In this document: one piece after another, positions 19,301-28,728 of the stretch
How positions within the stretch are numbered: the first letter of the stretch is position 1
How the letters are laid out: each line of letters begins with the position of its first letter
Assembly (NCBI GenBank): GCA_013824265.1
Contig: PNNO01000003.1
Span: 12,902 to 76,901, forward strand
Direction: 5' to 3'
Origin: a bacterium
GTDB taxonomy: Bacteria > Patescibacteriota > Gracilibacteria > UBA1369 > PNNO01
Length of the DNA stretch: 64,000 bases
Translations under genes and position numbers: made by a program
The notes under the pieces: model-generated
Seen by the model: the letters and a program-made list of their open reading frames with translations, nothing else
What the model was told of the DNA's origin: nothing
Databases searched by the model: none

Positions 19301-21932
19301 TGCTCCTGTAAGGCTCTTGAGTTGCAAGTCCGGTTGCTTCCAGTTTCTCAGCCTGCAATCCCATTGTTTCAATATTTCTTGTTTCAACATATCCCATCTG
19401 GATCATACTTATATATGCCTTTGAAAGTTTTGATGTATCCAGATTTTTAAGTTCTATTTTCTTGAATATTATTTCAAGGTTCTCAAGTTTGTTTTTATTT
19501 AGTGGTCTTTTTAACTCGCTTTTAACGCTTAAGATATTGAAATCTTTTAAAATTTTATCCGTAACGCTTTCAACTGCTTTTTCAGATTCAGATTTAACAT
19601 TCAACTTGAATGCATAATTTAAACCTTGATAAAGATAAGTGTTTGCAAGTGTTAAAACTTTGGCTTCTTTTGGTTCATATATTCCTGTTTCTCCGTGTCT
19701 TTCTGAAGTCTTTTTAATCATATCAAGGTATCCTCTGTCTGAGGCCAGATATTTTTCGAATTCCTTAGGATTTAGCGTTGAGGACTCTTTAAGGTATGCC
19801 ATTGTTACCTTCTTTTCTTTTTCATTAAAGAGACTTCTCCACCAGTTGAGATTTTGTGAGACTTTTGACCCTTTTGGATTGAATATTTTTAATATAAAGT
19901 TTCTTGAGCGAACTCCTTCACTTACAGCTGCTCTTACCGTTTCCCATTTATTGTAGTTTTCTTTTGATTTATCTCTTAATTTAGCTTTGTTTTTTGCTAA
20001 AACTTTAAAGGCTTCTTCCCAGCCGTCTTGAGGTACTTTTACCAATACGTATTTATTTTCATTCACTCTCTTTACACAACCTCTTTTTATTAACTCGTCC
20101 AAACCAAAGGTCATAAACAAAAGTTTTAGTCCTCCGTCTTCTTTTACAAGATCTGGAACATTTAATCCTTTTATTTCGTATCCGTTTTTAAGAGCCAACG
20201 CCTGTATTTCGTTAATATTTTTATTTGTTACTCCAACATAAAAATTTCTCGGAGCATTTTCCTTTGAATGCAACAAGGCCCCTAAACTCTGATCGCCATA
20301 AGCCGAATAAGAAATTGTCTCTGTCATACCTGCTTTTTCGGCTTCCGGAGTTTCCTTGGTTAATACAGTTTGTCTTTCCAATCCTAAAAATTTTGTCCTG
20401 TATTTGTCTGAATTTGTTTCCGGTTTCTTTTCCAATAACTTTAGATTTTTAAGTGCTTCAAAAACTTTTGCAATTCCAATTGCCAACTGTTCAAGGCTGG
20501 CTTCGTTTTGGCCATTCTTTTTATAATCTTCTTTGAATTTTTCGTATCCTCCTTTATATAGGGGTTGTCCGTTCACCGGTATTTTGAAAAAGTCTTCGGC
20601 ATTTAAATTTTTATTACTCCATTCTTGTATTGAATTCTGTACATATACTCTTCTTTCTTCTGTTGTTTTTAGATTAAACGGAGCTCTTGTAAGAACTTCT
20701 TCGAGCCCTTGATCTATTCTGTCCCAGTTTGCTTCAAAATCACTGTCTTCTCTAAGTATTCCCGGAACTTTAAAATCTTGGTTTTTAAATACATAATTTT
20801 TGTTTTTTTCCAAAACAGTTAGTTCATTTTCTCTTATTTTTTGCTCTCTTATTGCTTCCAACTTTTTGGTTTCTTCTTGAGATACAGTTTGTGCTTTAGC
20901 TTTTTCCTCTTGCGGAAGCTGTTCTCTTTCTTTTGGCTTATAAGCTTCGTAAGTAATCTGGCTTATTTTTGTGCCATGGAAGATAAGTGCTCTTTGAGTT
21001 GTTCCTTCTCTTATAAAAGTCTTCTGTGAAGGATGGTAGTACGCCCAGTATTTGTGAGGTACTCCGGATTGGCTCTTCCCGTCTAAGTAAACTCTTATAT
21101 ACATGTTCCCGCCTTTAAGTCTGCTTAAATCAAGCAGGTCCTGTATTTGCACGTCATGCTCAGCTTTTCTGTCGACTTTTCCTTTTTGGTCGATAAAATT
21201 CACTTTGTAAACTCCGTTTTCATCAGTTTCTTTTAAATATTGGTCTCCTTTTTCGGAAATAAGTTGATTTACAAAATTTCCTGAATCAAGATGCTTTTCT
21301 ATTTCTTTACTGAATTCTTGTTTTTTTTCGTTCGCTTTTTCCGTCTCTTTTGCTTTTGCTTCTTCTAACTCTTTCTTTTTTGCTTCGACTTCTTTTAATC
21401 TTGGTGCTTCTGTTAACATGTTAAATTCAAGGAAACTTTGTTTATTTCCCTTTGCGTAAAATGACAACGAGCTGTTTGGTCCAAGCTGTATTGTTACAGG
21501 GATATTATTGTTTATAACCTCTGAATTTTTTTCTATTAACTCAGCTATATCAAGCGCAAGTTCTTTGCCAAAGTTTCCGGCATTTGCTCCAAAAACAGAC
21601 CCTGCAGAATTCCTCAACGGGTGTTTTTCTCTCAAGGAATTAAAAATTCTTGTTCCGGCACTAACTAAATTGTGTTTTTCAAATTTATCCGTGAATTCAA
21701 CTCTAACTTTTGTTTCTGGGCCTATAATTTTGGCATAATTCTCTTTGTATTTTTCAATTTCATTTTTTTCAGGTTGTTTCTGTTTTTGTTTTTCCGCGGG
21801 TTTCTCCGCAGCCGAAGCCGTGGTTTCACTCGGTTTTTCATTCATAAAAACAAGCCTGGATTCGCATATAAACAATTTTTTGAAAAACATATTTTTGTGT
21901 TTAGTTTTATTTTTATCCATGTATTTTATCAA
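16389..21932 (-). CDS. Giant lysine-rich protein of unknown function (up to 1847 aa) with no signal peptide or classical TM helix.
   Basis: Uninterrupted 5.5 kb ORF. The track start is a TTG at 21932; in-frame ATGs lie at 21920, 21890 and 21845. I recognise no family motif. Internal Gly/aromatic-rich segments at about aa 914-1025 and 1107-1145. Confidence 0.85.
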   Translation of the reverse strand: MIKYMDKNKTKHKNMFFKKLFICESRLVFMNEKPSETTASAAEKPAEKQKQKQPEKNEIEKYKENYAKIIGPETKVRVEFTDKFEKHNLVSAGTRIFNSLREKHPLRNSAGSVFGANAGNFGKELALDIAELIEKNSEVINNNIPVTIQLGPNSSLSFYAKGNKQSFLEFNMLTEAPRLKEVEAKKKELEEAKAKETEKANEKKQEFSKEIEKHLDSGNFVNQLISEKGDQYLKETDENGVYKVNFIDQKGKVDRKAEHDVQIQDLLDLSRLKGGNMYIRVYLDGKSQSGVPHKYWAYYHPSQKTFIREGTTQRALIFHGTKISQITYEAYKPKEREQLPQEEKAKAQTVSQEETKKLEAIREQKIRENELTVLEKNKNYVFKNQDFKVPGILREDSDFEANWDRIDQGLEEVLTRAPFNLKTTEERRVYVQNSIQEWSNKNLNAEDFFKIPVNGQPLYKGGYEKFKEDYKKNGQNEASLEQLAIGIAKVFEALKNLKLLEKKPETNSDKYRTKFLGLERQTVLTKETPEAEKAGMTETISYSAYGDQSLGALLHSKENAPRNFYVGVTNKNINEIQALALKNGYEIKGLNVPDLVKEDGGLKLLFMTFGLDELIKRGCVKRVNENKYVLVKVPQDGWEEAFKVLAKNKAKLRDKSKENYNKWETVRAAVSEGVRSRNFILKIFNPKGSKVSQNLNWWRSLFNEKEKKVTMAYLKESSTLNPKEFEKYLASDRGYLDMIKKTSERHGETGIYEPKEAKVLTLANTYLYQGLNYAFKLNVKSESEKAVESVTDKILKDFNILSVKSELKRPLNKNKLENLEIIFKKIELKNLDTSKLSKAYISMIQMGYVETRNIETMGLQAEKLEATGLATQEPYRSIQEEALKNGLPEEKLADLEKKIAITLFALANGETPPGMKIAAGGLGASVLIGNFKGKKMYLHFGLAGVKNGEKIPLTAFAGVSGDIGKLGGFKLKYNIGASPDFAGAALTMEHKFAGNWDWVANAGAGVSVTDFENFGIGASIGVKWDQLRAEKQAKNKELSSKGLGQIEESLKNGNYDEAVKFILENPTFGDYMKFIKNTYPTFPNSVLIEMYQAAKNQWAEKAKEGVKIPFVQGAGVGIGISKAGIGIGPYVTIKIPGTEVIFVVRSEHPKYSGYWQTEIAQESLRRKLRKATGTEPFVSGYTMTAQSGNLFFDSERGGANVEVAGIGELVKRQEGNIKGTFEAVKSKFNKMDMHVEIVPDPSNSNNTLLAITPLNTDGSNVQVLMDPEMQKKGIILDHKNNRILLAASEAKKLFFTRSEYRYPFAEKGAMNLEVITFKNNPDRTDEQIREDSAQIIYKPMGSRYMVVKGEARTGLSEAESNTLTIEEYNTRGNTFENFKDKKFEYNLNESTDLTSKMWETLKPKEAAPIRSDLVKQTSKSYLSKNESFERKIAEANTPAKEAALKVEVFRNLKTIDPSLNDQELNLIYNYMLNEVFIELRDKNKNVINQRLERRNELFRAYIKNYISDYAKNNPAQWAEIVKTYPSATPDSIANYLMLTMPQNKEQLDEFSKPENGVAVGRGLKFASYTKKNGKDTLAASYGTEVPEDFKDIFKMVGPKRLRLDSASPVERAAARIIFETMSPLETKNLDSIEGKKKFLESELSLLLISMFVKYDGKMISPLIEILGKENYKGMTEIYAALKRGGEALELTLSKPENEKAFKDFKELVTGIRNAQLEGKPSYIYNKKYEFTLDETEVYSGAYLKCGNGTIATRQKIGIKLIAGKEENVDWSSAKEEANILVNSKGAKTDLDITLALGVFRGRRKKEEVPDRHKPIKGEVLNRHTQGTTGQESQNSTPPVSEGPDNSI

Positions 21933-21951
21933 AAAATGGTTCCAAAGTCAA
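21923..21951 (-). promoter_or_regulatory. Sigma-70-like promoter TTGACT-17-TAAAAT for the giant-gene unit.
   Basis: Read on the minus strand: -35 at 21951-21946, -10 at 21928-21923, 17-nt spacer. It lies inside the 5' end of the track ORF. If real, translation starts at 21890 or 21845. Confidence 0.4.
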
Positions 21952-21991
21952 AGGCTATGCAAGGAATATCCACAATAAATGTTCTTGTTTT

Positions 21992-22700
<709 letters not shown>

Positions 22701-22736
22701 TCCTATAATTTTATTACTTCTAATCAATTTTTACTC

Positions 22737-23312
22737 ATGAAAATACAACTATCAAGCCAGTCCATGACGTTGGGAGACAGTCAGAAACAGTACATTGAAG
22801 AGAAGATTGATAATTTGAAGAAATATGAAGAGCGCATTGCCGATGAGGCTACCGTGGTTCATGTTGATATTGAGAAAACAAAAGTAAAATCAGGTGATGA
22901 GAAAATCTCGACTCAAATAACAATGCATGTTCCAAACGCGGTTATAAGAGCTGAAGTAAAAGGATCTACGGTTGAAGAAACCGCCGATCTTGCAGTTGAA
23001 AAGCTAAAGAAACAAATCGAAAGATATAAGACTAAAAAACATAGAAGAGACAGAGGGGGACAGTGGATTCCGGAATCAACCCTTGAGGCTGCTTCGGACA
23101 ATATGAATGGAATTGATATTGACGAGATAGTTAAGAGAAAAAAATATGCGGATCTTGAACCTATGAAGGAGCAAGAGGCTGCTGAGCAGATGGAGCTTTT
23201 GGGACATGATTTCTATGCTTTTATCAATGAAGACACCGGTCTTTTCTCCGTTGTTTACAGAAGACAAACCGGCGATTATGGTCTTATAGAGCTTGAAAAA
23301 AAGAATTACTAA
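22737..23312 (+). CDS. hpf: Ribosome hibernation promoting factor, long form.
   Basis: N-terminal S30AE/HPF pattern (MKIQLSSQSMTLGDSQKQYIEEKIDNLKKY). C-terminal dimerisation domain pattern (HDFYAFINEDTGLFSVVYRRQTGDYGLIEL). Confidence 0.9.
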   Translation: MKIQLSSQSMTLGDSQKQYIEEKIDNLKKYEERIADEATVVHVDIEKTKVKSGDEKISTQITMHVPNAVIRAEVKGSTVEETADLAVEKLKKQIERYKTKKHRRDRGGQWIPESTLEAASDNMNGIDIDEIVKRKKYADLEPMKEQEAAEQMELLGHDFYAFINEDTGLFSVVYRRQTGDYGLIELEKKNY

Positions 23313-23328
23313 TAAATAAAAATTTAGA

Positions 23329-24735
23329 ATGATTGAATATATCGCGCTTTTTGCGACCTATACCGCTTGGGCTGCGCTCGTTTATAAGTCCACAAGAATT
23401 TCGATTCTTATTTTGCCGCTTCTTTTCCCACTATATCTAATTAGATTTGATATAGCCGGTATGCCGCTTTATTTTGTTGAGGGGCTTATAGTTATATCCG
23501 CCATACCTGTTTTTTATAAACTTTTAAGAGGGGATCACGAGATATTGGAAAAAAATACTGTCTCAAAAATTCTATATCTGGCAAAAAGTCCGTTTTTGGC
23601 TAAAAGAGGGCCTTTTGTTGACTTTGCAAAGTCTCCGTTTTTGCCGATTACTTTGTTTGTTTTGGGCTCGCTTATAGGCGCTGCAATAGTTCCGAACGAA
23701 TCTTATCAGCATGCTCTTGGAATTCTAAAAAGCTGGGTTATTATCCCGCTTATTTACTTCTTTATTTTATATAGAACGATAAAGACAAAAGAGGATTTGC
23801 AGTTTGTTCTATATTCGTATGTTGCTTCGGCGTTTTTTATGTCTTTGATGGCTCTTTTTCAGGCTGTGTCCGGCCATTATATAACAATTGATTCAAGGGC
23901 TTCCGGTCCTTTTGAGTCGGCGAATTATCTTGCCATGTATATTGCTCCCGCCCTTGTTTTTGCAGGGGTAAGAGTTTTGCAGACATTTATTCACGGTCCG
24001 GCGGAATCGGCGGCTGTTAGGATAAACTCTTTTGAAAGACGTATATATTTAAGCGGAATGGTTTCAATAATCTTTGTTGCTCTTATACTTACACAGTCTT
24101 ATGGCGGTGTTTTGGGTGTTTTTGCTACAATCTTCTTCTATATAATTTACGAAAAATTTAAAGTTAAGGATAAAAGGAGTAGTTTATTTCTTACAAAGCT
24201 TATAGCATTTGTATGCGTTGTTGTTGTTCTTGGAACTGTGCTTGTCGCTGCCCTTAATGTCGAGAAATTTCAAAATTTGGTTAAATTTAACGAACATACT
24301 TCCATTGGAACAAGGCTTGAAATCTGGGAAGTTGGGGCAAAACTTGTAATACAAAGTCCTCTTCTTGGCGCAGGGTTGGGGGAATATGAAAATGCGTATA
24401 CCCAAAGGGCCACGGAGCTGCTTGGACATGCACCTTATGAGCCCATTCGTCTTCATTCTCATAACCTTTATATGGAAACTTGGATTAATGCCGGAATAAT
24501 TGGTATTACGGCGTTTCTGTGGATTGTTGTTTTGGCCTTTGTGCACGCAAAAAAAACCGCAATTCTGCTGTCTGCCGAGTCACGTCAAATTATGGTGGCG
24601 GCATCAATGATGCTTGTATATATTCTTCTTCATGGATTTATTGATATCCCTTTTTGGAAGAATGATTTGGCTCTCTTATTTTGGATGATTATGGCAGTCT
24701 TATTTTCTTTCCCGGTGAGTTCAAAACGCGCATAA
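23329..24735 (+). CDS. O-antigen ligase / Wzy_C-family polytopic membrane protein.
   Basis: 468 aa with many TM segments. Loop motif RLHSHNLYMETWINAGIIG is typical of the O-antigen ligase family. Confidence 0.72.
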   Translation: MIEYIALFATYTAWAALVYKSTRISILILPLLFPLYLIRFDIAGMPLYFVEGLIVISAIPVFYKLLRGDHEILEKNTVSKILYLAKSPFLAKRGPFVDFAKSPFLPITLFVLGSLIGAAIVPNESYQHALGILKSWVIIPLIYFFILYRTIKTKEDLQFVLYSYVASAFFMSLMALFQAVSGHYITIDSRASGPFESANYLAMYIAPALVFAGVRVLQTFIHGPAESAAVRINSFERRIYLSGMVSIIFVALILTQSYGGVLGVFATIFFYIIYEKFKVKDKRSSLFLTKLIAFVCVVVVLGTVLVAALNVEKFQNLVKFNEHTSIGTRLEIWEVGAKLVIQSPLLGAGLGEYENAYTQRATELLGHAPYEPIRLHSHNLYMETWINAGIIGITAFLWIVVLAFVHAKKTAILLSAESRQIMVAASMMLVYILLHGFIDIPFWKNDLALLFWMIMAVLFSFPVSSKRA

Positions 24736-24958
24736 TTGCATCGTTTACGTAAAAATTTGTTATTTCTATTGAATGGTTTTTGGCGGTTTCTCTAATTATA
24801 AGACTCAAAACCTTTTTTGCGATATCTCTTTTGCTAATTTGTCCATCTCCAAGATGTTCAGATTTAACTTCCTCTTCTAAAGCATCAATAATCCCCTTAT
24901 TTAATTGTTCTACGTTTTCAAAGGTTCTCTTTTCGGAGCTAGGTTGTGTATCAGACAT
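24689..24958 (-). CDS. Small hypothetical protein (89 aa).
   Basis: ORF with non-degenerate composition, divergent from the riboflavin kinase gene. Its 3' end overlaps the convergent ligase gene by 47 nt. No motif recognised. Confidence 0.35.
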   Translation of the reverse strand: MSDTQPSSEKRTFENVEQLNKGIIDALEEEVKSEHLGDGQISKRDIAKKVLSLIIRETAKNHSIEITNFYVNDAIMRVLNSPGKKIRLP

Positions 24959-25011
24959 ATGTTAGTATTTAAATGTTAAACAATGTTTCATTGTAACATA
25001 ATTTTACGGTT

Positions 25012-25404
25012 ATGTCAAAAAGCGTAGAGGTGTTTAAAGGGGTTGTTGTGAAGGGAATTCAGAAAGGTTCGGAAATCGGTTTTCCTACAATTAATGTCCA
25101 AGTTTCAAATGCTCCGAAAAACGTAGTATTTGGTATATATGTTTGTTTAATAGAGATAAAAGGAGCTTCATATAATGCTGTAATGCACTATGGAACCAAG
25201 TCCATAGGAACTGACGATAAATGGAAGGTTTTCTGCGAGGTGCATGTTTTTGATTTTAATAAGGATGTATACGGACTGGAAGTTTCCGTTAATCTATTGA
25301 AAAAAATCCGTGATGTGAGACAATTCGAAAGTGATGAAGATTTGATAAAACAAATCAAAAAGGACATTTTTATAGCCAATAAATATTTCAAAGAAAATGC
25401 TTAG
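25012..25404 (+). CDS. Stand-alone riboflavin kinase (RibF C-terminal-domain type).
   Basis: 130 aa. GVVVKGIQKGSEIGFPTINV matches the GxVxxGxxxGRxLGFPTxN riboflavin kinase motif. No N-terminal FMN adenylyltransferase domain. Confidence 0.75.
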   Translation: MSKSVEVFKGVVVKGIQKGSEIGFPTINVQVSNAPKNVVFGIYVCLIEIKGASYNAVMHYGTKSIGTDDKWKVFCEVHVFDFNKDVYGLEVSVNLLKKIRDVRQFESDEDLIKQIKKDIFIANKYFKENA

Positions 25405-26746
25405 TAACCTAAAGAATCTTATTTCAGACACAAATCCTCTTAGGCTTTTTTATCATCAGATTAAGGCGGCTATTGCGGCTGTGATGTACGGATTTCCGGC
25501 CAGAAGCATGAATGTGATTGGTGTTACAGGAACAAATGGAAAAACAACTACAGTAAATCTTATAACTATGGTTTTGGAGGAGGCGGGTTATAAGGTTGGA
25601 ATGGCATCAACTATAAATTTTCAGGTTGGGCCCGATAAATGGACCAATATTTCAAAGCAGACAACAATGAGCCCCTTTGCTCTTCAGAAGCTTCTTAGAA
25701 GAATGGTTAGGGAGCAGTGCACTCATTGTGTTTTGGAAGTTTCGTCTCATTCAATAACTCAGTCTCGCGTTCTTGGTATTAATTTTGATACTGCTGTTTT
25801 TACAAATGTAACTGAAGATCATATTGAGTATCATGGAAGCTTCCAGCTTTATTTGCAGGCTAAAGGCAGTCTTTTTCAGAGACTTAACAAGTCAAAAAGA
25901 AAGCCGGGAATTCCTAAAGTGTCCGTGTTGAATCTTGATGATCCAAATTATTCTTATTTTGATCAGTTTATTGTTGATAGGAAATATACTTACGGAATAA
26001 AAAAAGGAACTTGTTATGCAAGTGATATAAAACTTCATTCAAGCGGTTCCACTTTTAATCTTCATATCCCAAATCATCAACTTGAAATTAATTTAAAGCT
26101 TTCGGGCGAATTCAATATTTACAACAGTCTTGCAGCTACAACGGTTGCTTTGGCGAATAACATAAATCTAACTTTTGTTAAAAGAGCTTTGGAGAAGGCC
26201 GAGGGGGTTCCGGGAAGACTTGAATCTCTTGAGCTTGGGCAACCTTATGGAATAATCGTTGATTATGCTCACTCGTCCGATTCGTTGGAAAAACTTTTAC
26301 AGCTTTATAGAAAACTAACTCCAGGAAAACTTTTTATTGTTTTTGGGGCTACCGGCGGAGGCAGGGATAAATCAAAAAGGCCTAATATGGGAGCGCTTGC
26401 AGATGAATATGCGGATATGATAATTCTTACAAACGATGATCCTTATTATGAAGACGAATGGCAGATTATAGAAGGAGTTGCTTCAGGAATAAGAAGAAAA
26501 GAAGGTGATAGATTTTGGAAAATTCCTCACAGATATGAGGCAATAAGATTGGCGCTTACAATGGCTAAGAAAGGGGATACCGTTGTAATTGCGGGTAAGG
26601 GTTGTGAAGAGGTCCAAATAATAGGAGGAGAAAAAATTCCTTGGGACGACAGAAAAGTTGTTCGCGAACTTTTAAGCCGGGAAGTTGTTGTGGAGATAGA
26701 ACCGGGCAAAACAGTTGCAAAAGAAAATGTATGTCTTGAAGGTTAG
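25397..26746 (+). CDS. murE: Mur ligase, MurE-like UDP-N-acetylmuramoyl-tripeptide synthetase.
   Basis: VIGVTGTNGKTTT P-loop; DYAHSSDSLEKLL; TNDDPYYED at the position of the DNPR specificity motif. 8-nt overlap with the preceding gene. Confidence 0.8.
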   Translation: MLSNLKNLISDTNPLRLFYHQIKAAIAAVMYGFPARSMNVIGVTGTNGKTTTVNLITMVLEEAGYKVGMASTINFQVGPDKWTNISKQTTMSPFALQKLLRRMVREQCTHCVLEVSSHSITQSRVLGINFDTAVFTNVTEDHIEYHGSFQLYLQAKGSLFQRLNKSKRKPGIPKVSVLNLDDPNYSYFDQFIVDRKYTYGIKKGTCYASDIKLHSSGSTFNLHIPNHQLEINLKLSGEFNIYNSLAATTVALANNINLTFVKRALEKAEGVPGRLESLELGQPYGIIVDYAHSSDSLEKLLQLYRKLTPGKLFIVFGATGGGRDKSKRPNMGALADEYADMIILTNDDPYYEDEWQIIEGVASGIRRKEGDRFWKIPHRYEAIRLALTMAKKGDTVVIAGKGCEEVQIIGGEKIPWDDRKVVRELLSREVVVEIEPGKTVAKENVCLEG

Positions 26747-26748
26747 TT

Positions 26749-27615
26749 ATGGACGGATTTTTAAACATTTATAAGCCAAAAGGGATAACATCGTTCGATG
26801 TGATTCGTTTTTTGCGCAGGAAATCCGGGATTAAAAAAATGGGACATATAGGGACTCTTGACCCTGCGGCCGAAGGAGTTCTTGTTGTAGCAATCGGGCA
26901 GGCAACAAAACTTATAGAGTTTATGATGGATCATGATAAAAAATATATGGCTGAAGTTTTGCTTGGGAAAAAGTCCACTACGTATGATAGTGAAGGTGAA
27001 ATTACCGAGTTGAGTAGTCAAAAACCTACCGAGAAAGAAATTTTAAAAGTTTTAAAGTCTTTTCTTGGAAAAATAGAGCAAGTTCCGCCTGTTTATTCGG
27101 CCATAAAAATTTCAGGTAAGAGGGCTTACAATCTTGCCAGAGCAGGAGAAAAAATTGAGATGAAAAAAAGGAATGTGGTCATTCATTCGATTGAAATGAA
27201 TGATTATAATTATCCGATTGTTGTTCTTTTAATTCATTGCGGAGCGGGAACTTATATCCGTTCAATCGCCAATGATCTTGGTGAAAAACTTGGGGTTGGG
27301 GGTTATCTCAATTCACTTAAAAGAACTGCGGTGGATAATTTTATAGTCGATGAAAGTTGCGATATGGATGAAATTGAAAAAAACGGTATTGAAAAATATA
27401 TTATTCCGATTGAAAGGGGTGTTTCCGAAATTTCAAAAATTTACATAACGCAGCAAGAATATACCGAGCTTCAGAACGGAAGGTTTGTTAAGAAAGAAAT
27501 GCCAAAAGGGGTTGCTATTTGTGCCGCAATTTTTAACAATACTCTTGTTGGAATTGTAGAAGAGACAAAAGACGGACAGTTTATAAAATTTAAGAAACAA
27601 ATCCATTTAAACTAA
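26749..27615 (+). CDS. truB: tRNA pseudouridine-55 synthase.
   Basis: GFLNIYKPKGITSFDVIRFLRRKSGIKKMGHIGTLDPAAEGVLVVAIGQATK carries the catalytic GTLDP motif. Confidence 0.9.
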   Translation: MDGFLNIYKPKGITSFDVIRFLRRKSGIKKMGHIGTLDPAAEGVLVVAIGQATKLIEFMMDHDKKYMAEVLLGKKSTTYDSEGEITELSSQKPTEKEILKVLKSFLGKIEQVPPVYSAIKISGKRAYNLARAGEKIEMKKRNVVIHSIEMNDYNYPIVVLLIHCGAGTYIRSIANDLGEKLGVGGYLNSLKRTAVDNFIVDESCDMDEIEKNGIEKYIIPIERGVSEISKIYITQQEYTELQNGRFVKKEMPKGVAICAAIFNNTLVGIVEETKDGQFIKFKKQIHLN

Positions 27616-27627
27616 AGCTAAAAACGT

Positions 27628-28686
27628 ATGACAGAGTTTATTATTCCGGCCATATTCGCATTTGTTTCAACAATATTGCTTGTTTTGTTTGCACTTAAAT
27701 TCTTTCCTAAGTTTGGACTTATGGATAGGCCCAAGAAGTACGGGCTTAAAAGAAAACCAATACCTTATTATGGCGGACTTGTTATTGTGGCCGTTTTTAC
27801 ATTGTCGACAATTATTTTTGTTCCACTGGATATACATGTAATAGGTCTGTTGATCGGAGCTTTGATGATGGCTACTGTAAGTTTTCTTGATGATCTTTTG
27901 GATGTGAGTCCGTGGATAAGGCTTCTTGTCCAGTTCCTTGCAGCTTTAACAATTGTTATATCCGGTATTGGTATAAGTTCGATTTCAAATCCGCTGGGAG
28001 GTGATCTTATTCTTGATCAAATAAATTTTGAATTTCCTCTTGGGAGTACAATGATTCAAATTACGCTATTGGCAGATCTTTTTACCATAATTTGGATTAT
28101 ACTTATAGTTAACACAATGAATTTCCTGGATGGTCTTAACGGACTTGTAAGCGGAGTTGCATTTATAGCCTCAATTACATTTTTTGTTTTAAGTGTTGGG
28201 GAATATAACCTTATAGATCAGACCTCGATGGCTACGCTTGCCATTGTTTTGGCATCCAGCGCGCTTGCATTTTGGCTTTTTGATTTCCATCCTGCCAAAA
28301 TATTAATGGGGGACACGGGAAGTATGTTTATTGGCTTTTTGATAGCTGTTTTTGCCATATATTCCGGAGGGAAAGTTGCTACCGCCTTTCTTGTACTTGG
28401 ATTTCCGATATTGGACGCATTTTGGGTTATTACAAGAAGAATAGTTCAGGGAAAATCTCCGATGAAAGGGGATTTAAAGCATCTTCACCACAGGCTTATA
28501 GAAGTTGGACTTACCGAAAGGAAGGCTTTATTGCTTATTTATGGGCTTTGCGCGTTTTTTGGAGGGAGTGCGATTTTCCTTGGTACAACACAAAAATTAT
28601 TCCTTATGATAGCTATGGGGATTTTAATGCTTATAATGGCCACCATGATTGTATTTTACGGTCTTAAAAGATTGAAAAAGCTTTAA
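27628..28686 (+). CDS. Polyprenyl-phosphate N-acetylhexosamine-1-phosphate transferase (GT4 MraY/WecA family, WecA/TagO-like).
   Basis: NTMNFLDGLNGL, MGDTGSMFIGF, KPIPYYGGL and DLKHLHHRLIEVGLTERKA resemble WecA rather than the MraY HHHFE form. Confidence 0.78.
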   Translation: MTEFIIPAIFAFVSTILLVLFALKFFPKFGLMDRPKKYGLKRKPIPYYGGLVIVAVFTLSTIIFVPLDIHVIGLLIGALMMATVSFLDDLLDVSPWIRLLVQFLAALTIVISGIGISSISNPLGGDLILDQINFEFPLGSTMIQITLLADLFTIIWIILIVNTMNFLDGLNGLVSGVAFIASITFFVLSVGEYNLIDQTSMATLAIVLASSALAFWLFDFHPAKILMGDTGSMFIGFLIAVFAIYSGGKVATAFLVLGFPILDAFWVITRRIVQGKSPMKGDLKHLHHRLIEVGLTERKALLLIYGLCAFFGGSAIFLGTTQKLFLMIAMGILMLIMATMIVFYGLKRLKKL

Positions 28687-28710
28687 AGGAGTTCGCATTC
28701 GCTCACGCTA

Positions 28711-28728
28711 GCGAGCGCTTACGCTCGC
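28711..28728. other. GC-rich hairpin (7-bp stem gcgagcg/cgctcgc, loop ctta) within a GC-rich palindromic patch.
   Basis: Seen directly. A competing pairing cgctc (28700-28704) / gagcg (28713-28717) shares the left arm. No T-tract follows, so it is not a classical terminator. Confidence 0.3.
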
